Of a stretch of 64,000 nt of DNA, positions 7,229 to 15,304 are shown piece after piece. The stretch's first letter is position 1. Every line of letters begins with the position of its first letter. The notes beneath the pieces are model-generated. The model was not told where the DNA came from and did not search any database. It worked only from the letters and a program-made list of their open reading frames with translations. A program made the translations under genes and the position numbers. The stretch is from a virus (Duplodnaviria; Caudoviricetes): the IMG/VR virus record IMGVR_UViG_3300042914_002678. One strand, 5' to 3'.

Positions 7229-8461
7229 ATGCAAATCCAACTCCGCCCCCATCAAGAACGTGGTGTTGCTGCTATGCAGAAGCACAACAAAGGTCAAATC
7301 ATTGTGCCTACTGGTGGCGGCAAGACTCTCAAGATGATCTATGATGCTCTGCGACAGTTGCAGTCTGAAACTCCGCAGACCATTGTTGTAGTTGCTCCGC
7401 GTATTTTGCTTGCTGAGCAACTCTCTTCTGAGTTTCTTGAGTTCATCACTAATGCTAAAGTCTTCCACGTCCACAGTGGAGAAACTCACCACGAATCTTC
7501 TACTCGCCCTCAAGAGATTCGCAACTGGGTTGAGCGCAATGCTGGCAATCATCGCCTGATTGTAACCACCTACAACTCTCTGTCGCGTCTTCAAGTGGCA
7601 GAGATTGATGTGGATACGATCTACTTTGATGAGGCACATAACTCTGTTCAGCGTCACTTTTTCCCTGCAACTGAGCACTTCTCTGCTAACGCAAAGCGTT
7701 GCTACTTCTTTACCGCAACTCCAAAGCATAGTCTTGCTGTTGGCAAACCTGGGATGAATGATGCTGCTGTTTATGGTCAGGTCATCTGCAAAGTTCCTGC
7801 TCCTGAGTTGGTTGAAGGTGGTTACATTGTGCCCCCTAAAGTCATCGTCAAGCAACTTGCTATGGTGACTGGAAAGCAGACCAACTTTGACCGCGACGCG
7901 GAGAATCTGCTGGAAACGATTGACGACAACAAAGTCGGCAAGATTCTGATTTGTGCTAAGGCAACCAAGCAGATTGTCTCCCTGGTGTCTGAAACTGATT
8001 TCTGCACTCAACTAGAGTTTCGCGGATACTCTTGGATGTATATTACTGCCAAGACTGGAGCAGTCATTGATGGTCGCAAAGTGAACCGTGAGGTATTCTT
8101 TGACACCCTATCTGCCTGGGGCAAAGACAACTCCAAGAAGTTTGTGGTTCTGCATCATAGCATCCTCGCAGAAGGCATCAACGTCAGCGGTCTGGAAGCA
8201 GTGCTGTTTCTTCGCAACATGGACTTCATCGGTATCTCCCAGACCATTGGACGTTGCATCCGTTTGCATCACGATGATGCCAAAGGTATGCGCGATGGAC
8301 GTATTGAACCTGGCAACCTGAGTCAGTATAGCAAATCGTTCGGTCTTGTGTGCATCCCTGTCTACAGCAAGGTTGGTATTGCTACTGCCCGCAGTGTTCA
8401 GTCGGTTGTTGACACTATCTTCCAGAAGGGCGAACCTGCCATCTCTGTGGTGAGGCGGTGA
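7229..8461 (+). CDS. SF2 DEAH-box helicase (ResIII-like)
   Basis: LRPHQ (Q motif), PTGGGKT (Walker A), DEAH, TATP, QTIGR.IR. Start may instead be 7217. Confidence 0.9.
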   Translation: MQIQLRPHQERGVAAMQKHNKGQIIVPTGGGKTLKMIYDALRQLQSETPQTIVVVAPRILLAEQLSSEFLEFITNAKVFHVHSGETHHESSTRPQEIRNWVERNAGNHRLIVTTYNSLSRLQVAEIDVDTIYFDEAHNSVQRHFFPATEHFSANAKRCYFFTATPKHSLAVGKPGMNDAAVYGQVICKVPAPELVEGGYIVPPKVIVKQLAMVTGKQTNFDRDAENLLETIDDNKVGKILICAKATKQIVSLVSETDFCTQLEFRGYSWMYITAKTGAVIDGRKVNREVFFDTLSAWGKDNSKKFVVLHHSILAEGINVSGLEAVLFLRNMDFIGISQTIGRCIRLHHDDAKGMRDGRIEPGNLSQYSKSFGLVCIPVYSKVGIATARSVQSVVDTIFQKGEPAISVVRR

Positions 8462-8579
8462 GTCTCACCCGAGACTCAAGTGCTGGTCATGGGTCAAACC
8501 CTGATTTTTTTGCAATTCTACCTGGAGGGTGTCATAGGTTATCCTCCGCAACCAAATCAACGATTTTTTTGAAAGTATA

Positions 8580-8756
8580 ATGAAAGAAGGATTTACAATG
8601 TTCAAAGACACCTATGCTGCTGTTCCTTATGGTAATCAACTGATGGTCATTCACAACGGAGAGCAACTCAAAGTGTGCAGGACCGAAGCATCAGCTAGAA
8701 AGTTCATTGATGACCACAAAAAAGGTAAATCAATGGCAAAACTTCCTGTCAATTAA
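8580..8756 (+). CDS. Small hypothetical protein (not in ORF track)
   Basis: 58 aa MKEGFTMFKDTYAAVPYGNQLMVIHNG...; stop supplied by repeat copy 5. Confidence 0.65.
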   Translation: MKEGFTMFKDTYAAVPYGNQLMVIHNGEQLKVCRTEASARKFIDDHKKGKSMAKLPVN

Positions 8757-8788
8757 AGTTAGGATCGTCTAAAGTGTTCCCATAGAGT
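8753..8788 (+). repeat. 36-bp junction repeat, copy 5
   Basis: TTAAAGTTAGGATCGTCTAAAGTGTTCCCATAGAGT. Confidence 0.95.
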
Positions 8789-8801
8789 GAGTGCTCCCAC
8801 A

Positions 8802-9542
8802 ATGCAACAAGTAATCAAGCAACTGATTGAGGATTGTACCTCTCATCTTCCTAAAGCATTGCGATGGTACACTGATGTCAACCAACCGATTAAGGTGATT
8901 GATGATACCCTCAGTGAGGTCATCCACGCATACTGCCACAACACAAGATGTGGTGGTTCTGGTGGTGGTGGATGGGACCACGTTGATAATGGCGAAGACA
9001 AGAATAGTTCGCACATTCAATCCTACATCTGCCCTGATTGTGGTAAGAAAGTAGTATTCTTTGCTGAGCAATGCCCCTCTTGTGGTAGTACAAAGCGCGG
9101 TAAGATTCCTCACGATGGACGTTGGGGAATCAGTGCATCTTCTCACTTTAAGTGGTATGATGAACTAAAAGAATACCGACTCCAACTGATTGAACCTCTG
9201 ACAGATGATGCTTCTTGTCGTCAGTTTCGCCTGCGTTATTGGGTGCTTGCTAAAGACTCTGAGCACCTGAATCTTTATGCAAAAGCACAACTAGAGAGTC
9301 CAAAGTCTAATCACATCAACTTCCAACCATTGAAGGTTGATTTCTACCTGAGTCGCCCTATTCTCAAGTATGATGGTGTACTCACCATCCACGATGATCG
9401 TACTCAATTTGAGTTTGATTTCTTTGATTTGGATAACCAAACTCCTGAAGAAATCCCTGTAGAGTATGCTGGTGCAAACTCCCAAACTGTGGTAGAATCT
9501 AAGAAACTTGGCAAGGAGCGTGGAGAATGGGTGAGGAACTAA
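8802..9542 (+). CDS. Putative restriction endonuclease (PD-(D/E)xK-like) with CxxC..CxxC zinc ribbon
   Basis: GWD-HVDNG-EDK fits a D...ExK site; CPDC...CPSC; overlaps the start of a methyltransferase gene. In-frame GTG at 8787 lies in the repeat. Confidence 0.5.
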   Translation: MQQVIKQLIEDCTSHLPKALRWYTDVNQPIKVIDDTLSEVIHAYCHNTRCGGSGGGGWDHVDNGEDKNSSHIQSYICPDCGKKVVFFAEQCPSCGSTKRGKIPHDGRWGISASSHFKWYDELKEYRLQLIEPLTDDASCRQFRLRYWVLAKDSEHLNLYAKAQLESPKSNHINFQPLKVDFYLSRPILKYDGVLTIHDDRTQFEFDFFDLDNQTPEEIPVEYAGANSQTVVESKKLGKERGEWVRN

Positions 9543-10450
9543 TTTACAAGAATCAAGACTGTATTGAGTTCCTCCAGTCCCTAGAAAGTAGGTCTGTAGA
9601 TTTAATCTGTACAGACCCACCTTACTATCGTGTTGTCAACGATGAGTGGGACAATCAGTGGTTCACTATAGACCAATACTACGAATGGTGTGAGCAGTGG
9701 ATTACTGAGTTGGGTAGAGTTGCCAAGTGGGGATGTAGTTTCTGGTTGTTTGGTTTCCCACAACAACTCTGCAATCTTCTGCCTGTGATTGAACGTGCTG
9801 GATTCACATTCCGTCAGCAGATTGTAGTGAACAAAGGGATGCAAGCAGTTGCAGGTAGAACAAGTGATAAACTTAAAATGTTTCCTACTGCCACCGAATC
9901 TATCTTCTTCTTTCACTATGAAGCAAGAGATTACATCCGTGATTTACTACAGGCAGAGCGTAAAAGATTGGGGTGGAAAGGTTGCGACGTGAATGGATTT
10001 CTTGGTAAAGCAACAACAGGTGGTGGCACATTTGCTTGCATTGCATCCGAAAAGAAACCACGGGAGCATAGAGTCTACCCTACCAGAGATGATTGGACTA
10101 AGTTACAAGAAGTAATGAATCTTCCTGAGTATGATGAACTGGTCTACACATTTAATTTACAGCGAGGTCTGACAGATGTGTGGGATGACATCAACTTCTA
10201 TGACCGCAAAGTTGAGAAGTTCCATAGCACACAGAAACCTATTCCGTTAATGGAAAGGTTAGTGCTTACTTCATCCAAACCAGGGCAAACAGTTCTTGAC
10301 ATTTTTGGTGGATCAGGTTCTACTGGTGTTGCTTGCAAAATGCACGGAAGAAAGTTCGTTGGTTGTGAAGTTGATGAGACATACTATCAGAAGTCACTGC
10401 AAAGAATTGAAAGCACAGAAAAACAGTCAACTCCTATTGATTTCTTCTGA
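9527..10450 (+). CDS. Beta-class amino (N6A/N4C) DNA methyltransferase with internal insertion
   Basis: DLICTDPPY at the N-terminus; HSTQKP and LDIFGGSGS at the C-terminus. Confidence 0.9.
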   Translation: MGEELIYKNQDCIEFLQSLESRSVDLICTDPPYYRVVNDEWDNQWFTIDQYYEWCEQWITELGRVAKWGCSFWLFGFPQQLCNLLPVIERAGFTFRQQIVVNKGMQAVAGRTSDKLKMFPTATESIFFFHYEARDYIRDLLQAERKRLGWKGCDVNGFLGKATTGGGTFACIASEKKPREHRVYPTRDDWTKLQEVMNLPEYDELVYTFNLQRGLTDVWDDINFYDRKVEKFHSTQKPIPLMERLVLTSSKPGQTVLDIFGGSGSTGVACKMHGRKFVGCEVDETYYQKSLQRIESTEKQSTPIDFF

Positions 10451-10451
10451 A

Positions 10452-10487
10452 TTAAAGTTAGGATCGTCCAAACTGTCCCAATAGTAT
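10452..10487 (+). repeat. 36-bp junction repeat, copy 6
   Basis: TTAAAGTTAGGATCGTCCAAACTGTCCCAATAGTAT; starts 1 nt after the MTase stop. Confidence 0.95.
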
Positions 10488-10500
10488 GAGCAAGCAACCA

Positions 10501-11409
10501 ATGCAGAACAAGCACCTAGAGCATCCTGAAGATGAGATCCTGACGGGCAATCTGTCAGTTCTGGATTGGTTCTCTGAGGTAGATTCTACCATCAGCATCA
10601 AGATGGATGGTGCGCCTGCTATCGTTTGGGGAACTAATCCTCAGAATGGTAAGTTCTTTGTTTGCACGAAAGCAGCATTTAACAAGAAAAAGATTCGCCT
10701 TTGCTATAACGAGGATGACATCTTCACTCATTTCGGTGGACAACCTCGTGTAACTCAAATCCTCATTTTCTGCCTGGATTTTCTGCCTCGCACTAAGCAA
10801 GTGCTGCAAGGTGATTGGATTGGTTTTGGTAGTGGGTTGGATACATTTACTCCCAATACAATTACCTACAAGTTCCCTGCACCAGTTCGTCAGGACATTA
10901 TCATTGCTCCGCATACAATCTACAGCGGTTCTGATGACATCCGTGAGATGATTGCTGCTCCTCTGCAATCCAAACTCATTAGCACTAAGCATTGCCTGTT
11001 TGTGCAACCTGAAGTGGAACTGAACCCTTATCGTGAAGATTTGGAGGATGTGTGTAAGTTTGCCAAGCAAATGAGCACTCTGTGTGAGTTTGTGACGCCG
11101 AACAAAGCAACACAAATCAAAAAAGAGATTAACGCTTGCATCAGGGAGCAAATCCCCGTGAATGAAAATGAAATTGCAGAAAAATGCGATTGTGACATCA
11201 ACCTGATTCGTTTGTGGAAACTCGTTGCATCTATCAAGGAAGATTTGTTCCTGTTCATTCACGAGAAGGATGAGATTGAGTGTTACATTCACGATGTGCA
11301 ATCCTTCCACGAAGGTTATTGTATCACCAACAAACACGGCATTTATAAAGTCGTTGATCGTGAAGTATTCTCTCATGCCAACTTCACCATCGCTAAGAAT
11401 TGGGGTTGA
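10501..11409 (+). CDS. Conserved phage protein (HLEHPED), possible ligase-type nucleotidyltransferase fold
   Basis: SIKMDGAP (KxDG), EGYCI and YKVVDR resemble ligase motifs I, IV and V. Upstream in-frame ATG at 10486. Confidence 0.55.
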   Translation: MQNKHLEHPEDEILTGNLSVLDWFSEVDSTISIKMDGAPAIVWGTNPQNGKFFVCTKAAFNKKKIRLCYNEDDIFTHFGGQPRVTQILIFCLDFLPRTKQVLQGDWIGFGSGLDTFTPNTITYKFPAPVRQDIIIAPHTIYSGSDDIREMIAAPLQSKLISTKHCLFVQPEVELNPYREDLEDVCKFAKQMSTLCEFVTPNKATQIKKEINACIREQIPVNENEIAEKCDCDINLIRLWKLVASIKEDLFLFIHEKDEIECYIHDVQSFHEGYCITNKHGIYKVVDREVFSHANFTIAKNWG

Positions 11410-11410
11410 A

Positions 11411-11446
11411 TTAAAGTTAGGATCGTCCAAAGTGTTCTAGTAGTAT
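11411..11446 (+). repeat. 36-bp junction repeat, copy 7
   Basis: TTAAAGTTAGGATCGTCCAAAGTGTTCTAGTAGTAT. Confidence 0.95.
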
Positions 11447-11879
11447 GACAACCACAACTTTCGCAGAATACGCTGCACAAGCAGAAGCAAAACAAAACAT
11501 TGCTAATGCTGTTCTAGCACATACTTACGCATTGTGTGAAGCATTGCGTCAAAACTACATCGACTATTCTATTCGTAGTCATCAACTTCGCACTTCTGAT
11601 GTAGAGTATCATGATGCACAGATTGCTAAACTTAAGCAAGGAACTTGTGATTATGATTTCTACCCCGAGACTGGTAGAAAGTATCATAAAGTTATTCTGA
11701 ACGCTGCTGGATCTCGTTCGGTTCATTGTTTCATTGACAAGCAAACTGGTGAGGTTTATAAGTCTGCCAGTTGGAAGTCTCCTGCCAAAGGTGTACGTTA
11801 TGACCTGCGAATCATAGAGCAACGTGAATGGTTGCTTGAACATGCAGATTGGGCAGGTGCCTATCTTTACCAGCGTTGA
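11445..11879 (+). CDS. Conserved phage hypothetical protein
   Basis: 144 aa with the SVHCFID..TGEVYKSASWKSPAK motif; its only Met is the ATG at the end of the repeat. Confidence 0.75.
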   Translation: MTTTTFAEYAAQAEAKQNIANAVLAHTYALCEALRQNYIDYSIRSHQLRTSDVEYHDAQIAKLKQGTCDYDFYPETGRKYHKVILNAAGSRSVHCFIDKQTGEVYKSASWKSPAKGVRYDLRIIEQREWLLEHADWAGAYLYQR

Positions 11880-12145
11880 TGTATCTTCAAACCCAAATCT
11901 TTTCCTTAATGGCTGACTACCAACAAGAAATTAAAGACCTAACAGTAACACGTTCCCTGCGTCTGCTGCGTGATGGTTTCAAGAGTGATTTTGCGACCTT
12001 TGCTTATGCTGATGAGAGAATGAACACTCTTTTGCAACAACTAGCAGCAGAGTTTGTTGATGCCAACATTCCGATTGTTGATGAGGATGTTGAGGTTGAC
12101 TTGGCACTGATGCTGATGGAATCTGTTGACATTATTGCACGATGA
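11879..12145 (+). CDS. Hypothetical protein
   Basis: TGATG-coupled start; acidic. Confidence 0.65.
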   Translation: MYLQTQIFSLMADYQQEIKDLTVTRSLRLLRDGFKSDFATFAYADERMNTLLQQLAAEFVDANIPIVDEDVEVDLALMLMESVDIIAR

Positions 12146-12396
12146 CTTACTCCAACCTCTCAAAGATTCGTCCTAAATTGAGGACACAAGGCAACATCAC
12201 TGGTAACTTTGGACGTGCTAAATCTAAGGCAGGTTCTCCACTCAATGACATTGGTGGTGATGGTAACATAGGAGCAACACAAGATGAATACCTAAACCGT
12301 CTTTATTATGCTTTTGATAACACTACCGAACCTAAACTTCGTCAGTTCATTTATCAGGAAATCCGTAAAATCCACATCCAAAGAGGCACCTGGTAA
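12142..12396 (+). CDS. Hypothetical protein
   Basis: 84 aa; ATGA overlap. Confidence 0.7.
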   Translation: MTYSNLSKIRPKLRTQGNITGNFGRAKSKAGSPLNDIGGDGNIGATQDEYLNRLYYAFDNTTEPKLRQFIYQEIRKIHIQRGTW

Positions 12397-12412
12397 TGCA
12401 AATCCTCTTGAA

Positions 12413-12448
12413 TTAAAGTTAGGATCGTCCAAAGTGTCCTAGTAGTAT
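12413..12448 (+). repeat. 36-bp junction repeat, copy 8 (consensus)
   Basis: TTAAAGTTAGGATCGTCCAAAGTGTCCTAGTAGTAT. Confidence 0.95.
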
Positions 12449-12689
12449 GAGCAACACTAACATCGTTTCCGAAATCTACTCCTACCACACGAATTGGAAG
12501 GAAGGTAAAGTCAACCAGATGTGGATTGAGCAGTCTGGTGATGAATACAAAGGTTATTCCTATGTCGCTGTTGCACACAATCCCCGCAATGGTAAGACGA
12601 TGGAAATGTCCAACCCTCGCACATCTTACCAGGAAACTCTAAACTGGGTTCGTGGTTGGTGTGGAACTTTCTGTGTTCTTCCTGCCTGA
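12447..12689 (+). CDS. Hypothetical protein
   Basis: 80 aa; ATG from the repeat. Confidence 0.7.
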   Translation: MSNTNIVSEIYSYHTNWKEGKVNQMWIEQSGDEYKGYSYVAVAHNPRNGKTMEMSNPRTSYQETLNWVRGWCGTFCVLPA

Positions 12690-12695
12690 TTGATT

Positions 12696-13022
12696 ATGAC
12701 TATCCTAGCAACTGACATTCTCCTGCTACTCAACAAAGTACAGCAACTTGGTGCCACTTATAACATCAATCAGAATGATGATGGGTTTATTGTAGAAATC
12801 CGTTATAACTGGTGGGATGATAATGAATGGTATTCCAATAAACTTTTCATCACAAATGAGAGTGAATCTACTTGGCAAGAAGGTGATTATGAGTTTAGCA
12901 ACATGATGACTATTCTTGATGAGAAACTAGAAGAGCAAAGGCAAAAAGAAGAAAAGGCACAAAAGCGTAAAGAACTCATCAATTCTCTCACACCTGAACA
13001 GCGCGAACTTCTAGGAGTTTAA
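12696..13022 (+). CDS. Hypothetical protein with C-terminal coiled coil
   Basis: Ends ...AQKRKELINSLTPEQRELLGV. Confidence 0.7.
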   Translation: MTILATDILLLLNKVQQLGATYNINQNDDGFIVEIRYNWWDDNEWYSNKLFITNESESTWQEGDYEFSNMMTILDEKLEEQRQKEEKAQKRKELINSLTPEQRELLGV

Positions 13023-13025
13023 GTA

Positions 13026-13187
13026 ATGAAAAACTATCGCGTTCGAGTTGAAACCTATGATGGATGTGTGACCATTTGGTATGAGAAATCCAAGGCAAAG
13101 ACTGCGGACAAACTTATACTCAATCGCGTCTACAATCAACTCTGTGGTCTAAACATCAAAGAAATCTCTGTTAATCCTTCTGTATGA
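13026..13187 (+). CDS. Small hypothetical protein (not in ORF track)
   Basis: 53 aa MKNYRVRVETYDGCVTIWYEKS... Confidence 0.6.
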   Translation: MKNYRVRVETYDGCVTIWYEKSKAKTADKLILNRVYNQLCGLNIKEISVNPSV

Positions 13188-13327
13188 AATACGTTGTTGA
13201 ACTCTACATTGGTGGCAAAGTCTTCAAGGAAGAAGTGTATGCTACCAACCCAAAAGATGCGCGTGAAACTGCCATTGCTCGCAATCCTACCGCAAAAGTT
13301 GTTGGTGTCAACGTAAGTTTCAAGTAA
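13184..13327 (+). CDS. Small hypothetical protein (not in ORF track)
   Basis: 47 aa MKYVVELYIGGKVFKEEVYA...; ATGA overlap; its stop abuts repeat copy 9. Confidence 0.65.
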   Translation: MKYVVELYIGGKVFKEEVYATNPKDARETAIARNPTAKVVGVNVSFK

Positions 13328-13363
13328 TTAAAGTTAGGATCGTCGAAAGTGTCCTAGTAGTAT
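13328..13363 (+). repeat. 36-bp junction repeat, copy 9
   Basis: TTAAAGTTAGGATCGTCGAAAGTGTCCTAGTAGTAT. Confidence 0.95.
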
Positions 13364-13532
13364 GAGCAAAACATTCACCGTCCGTTTCGTATCCGATGCC
13401 CTGGATTCTCCAGAATACATTGGACCTTTCTACTCTGAAGATGAGGCACAAGATTATGCTGATGATCGCAACAGTTCTTTAGCATTATCTGGTATTCCTT
13501 CCTCTGTTGCTTGTTACTCTGTTGTTGACTGA
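13362..13532 (+). CDS. Small hypothetical protein (not in ORF track)
   Basis: 56 aa MSKTFTVRFVSDALDSPEYIGPFYSEDEA...; only Met is from the repeat. Confidence 0.6.
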   Translation: MSKTFTVRFVSDALDSPEYIGPFYSEDEAQDYADDRNSSLALSGIPSSVACYSVVD

Positions 13533-13534
13533 TT

Positions 13535-13771
13535 ATGAGAACTCTTACACTCCAAGTCACCGAAGTTACATTTGATTTTGATGACGAAGATTTCACCGTA
13601 GAAGAACAACAATCGGTCATCAATTCTGTTGTTGGTAATGTCTTTGAGGTTGAAGTTGATGATGACGATGATGATGAAGCAATCGCAGATGTGTTAGTTG
13701 AAGAGGTGACAGATTACACTGGTTGGTGTGTTTTTTCCCTTGATTTTGTCCACGTTCTGAATACTCATTGA
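13535..13771 (+). CDS. Highly acidic small protein
   Basis: 78 aa, 22 D/E versus 1 R and 0 K. Confidence 0.7.
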   Translation: MRTLTLQVTEVTFDFDDEDFTVEEQQSVINSVVGNVFEVEVDDDDDDEAIADVLVEEVTDYTGWCVFSLDFVHVLNTH

Positions 13772-13772
13772 A

Positions 13773-13913
13773 ATGAGAATTGCTCTTTTGATTGCTACTC
13801 TTGCACTCGGTCTTAAAGTAGGTTTAGCAGCACATGCTACCGTGAATGTGTATCAAGAACAGCAAGCAGAAAAGTTCTGCCAAATTGACCCTAACTATTG
13901 CAACGCAAAATGA
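13773..13913 (+). CDS. Small secreted/membrane protein (not in ORF track)
   Basis: 46 aa MRIALLIATLALGLKVGLAAHA... Confidence 0.55.
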   Translation: MRIALLIATLALGLKVGLAAHATVNVYQEQQAEKFCQIDPNYCNAK

Positions 13914-14122
13914 CTCTTTCCTCTGACCAACTTTCCAAACTTGTTCAACTTTATGCTGAGCGAGTTGTTGATAGCATGGATGTGCGCGATTTGTGTGCAT
14001 TTGCCATTGATACAATTTGTGACAACATGCACGACTATAATGAGTCTGAATTGATGGAAGAATTGTCACACTATTATGAAGAAGATGAACTCAACGAACT
14101 GGTTGAATCTGTAAAGGATTAA
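13910..14122 (+). CDS. Acidic small protein
   Basis: 70 aa from the ATGA overlap, 19 D/E; stop supplied by repeat copy 10. Confidence 0.7.
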   Translation: MTLSSDQLSKLVQLYAERVVDSMDVRDLCAFAIDTICDNMHDYNESELMEELSHYYEEDELNELVESVKD

Positions 14123-14154
14123 AGTTAGGATCGTCCAAAGTGTTCTAGTAGTAT
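14119..14154 (+). repeat. 36-bp junction repeat, copy 10
   Basis: TTAAAGTTAGGATCGTCCAAAGTGTTCTAGTAGTAT. Confidence 0.95.
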
Positions 14155-14169
14155 CAGCACCGAACCACA

Positions 14170-14760
14170 ATGAGCAAACTAACAACGAATGAGGTTTATG
14201 GCAAACTGAAAGTAACTGATTTCAGTGTATTTGAGAAACCTGGAAAGAACAAAGGTGCTCGTGGGCAACTGTTAGAAATTGCCCTTGGAGTTCCTAACTC
14301 TTCTGACCTGCAAGATCTGGAAGATGGAGAGATTAAGACTTTCACGATTGGTGAAAGCATTGCAGCAACACAGTTGAAGCATTGTTTGTCTGAAATCATC
14401 GAAGATTCTGTATCTTTTGAGAATAGCAAAGTCGGGCAGAAACTGAAGCAAACTCTTTATGTTGGTTTCACCCGTAGCAATGATTATGTCGGTTGTGCTG
14501 TACTGAATGAAGAAACTGATCCTCAGCACTATAACGAATTGCGTGAGGATTATGAGTTCATTTGTAACAGCATCCGCACACTTTTCAATGCTGGCAAAGA
14601 ACTTTCTACCATCACTGGACCTCACGGATTGCTGCAGATTCGCACCAAAGCATCTAAAACCAACGGTCGCTATGTACCTCTGACCTTTGCAGGTGTGACC
14701 CTGAAGGATAAAGGAATGGCATTTTATTTGTGTGGACAATTCGGACGCAATCTGTTCTGA
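14170..14760 (+). CDS. MutH/Sau3AI-family endonuclease
   Basis: NKGARGQLLEIALGVPNSSDLQDLEDGEIKT matches the MutH pattern KG..G.LLE..LG...S...D....E.KT. Confidence 0.8.
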   Translation: MSKLTTNEVYGKLKVTDFSVFEKPGKNKGARGQLLEIALGVPNSSDLQDLEDGEIKTFTIGESIAATQLKHCLSEIIEDSVSFENSKVGQKLKQTLYVGFTRSNDYVGCAVLNEETDPQHYNELREDYEFICNSIRTLFNAGKELSTITGPHGLLQIRTKASKTNGRYVPLTFAGVTLKDKGMAFYLCGQFGRNLF

Positions 14761-14761
14761 A

Positions 14762-14797
14762 TTAAAGTTAGGATCGTCTAAAGTGTCCTAGTAGTAT
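14762..14797 (+). repeat. 36-bp junction repeat, copy 11
   Basis: TTAAAGTTAGGATCGTCTAAAGTGTCCTAGTAGTAT; starts 1 nt after the nuclease stop. Confidence 0.95.
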
Positions 14798-14963
14798 GAG
14801 CATCACACTTGACCTTGAAATGGCATCCGAACTAATCGGATTTATGAATGACTTTCCTGTTGCAGATTTGAATGATTGTGTAGACTTCATCTGTGACAAG
14901 TTTGACATCTCTGCATCTGATGAGTTGATTGATGCTATCGCTGACTTTTTCTTTGCTAACTGA
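14796..14963 (+). CDS. Acidic small protein (not in ORF track)
   Basis: 55 aa, 13 D/E versus 1 K. Confidence 0.6.
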   Translation: MSITLDLEMASELIGFMNDFPVADLNDCVDFICDKFDISASDELIDAIADFFFAN

Positions 14964-14969
14964 TAACAA

Positions 14970-15152
14970 ATGACACACTACAATCCTTATGTTCAAAACC
15001 TGATTGAGATGGGTTATGATGAGCAAGACTGCCGTAATGTTGCTGCAGTTGGTGAAACAAACGTAACCTATCCGCGTACCATTCACTGCCGCACATTTGC
15101 AACTGAAAGTGAATACAAGGAAGCACTTGCTGATTTCATCAATGGAATGTAA
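14970..15152 (+). CDS. Hypothetical protein
   Basis: 60 aa MTHYNPYVQNLIEMGYDE... Confidence 0.65.
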   Translation: MTHYNPYVQNLIEMGYDEQDCRNVAAVGETNVTYPRTIHCRTFATESEYKEALADFINGM

Positions 15153-15304
15153 TGAGTCGCAAAACTTTAACATTCAAGTCACCTTGTAAAGTGAAGACAA
15201 TTCTTCTCATTTTCATTGTTGCGTTTATACTTTCACCAGGAGTTCGTAACACTACCTCAAGCACATTGCACACTGTAGCAGACATTATTTCAACCAATGA
15301 TTGA
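15152..15304 (+). CDS. Small membrane protein (not in ORF track)
   Basis: 50 aa with one TM segment; TAATG overlap. Confidence 0.6.
   Translation: MSRKTLTFKSPCKVKTILLIFIVAFILSPGVRNTTSSTLHTVADIISTND

Noticed and set aside
7187-8011. 274-aa minus-strand ORF
   Set aside because: It is the antisense shadow of the helicase, with no motifs and no promoter or RBS.
10555-11430. 291-aa minus-strand ORF starting inside repeat 7
   Set aside because: It is the antisense shadow of the HLEHPED gene; its start is an incidental TTG in the repeat.
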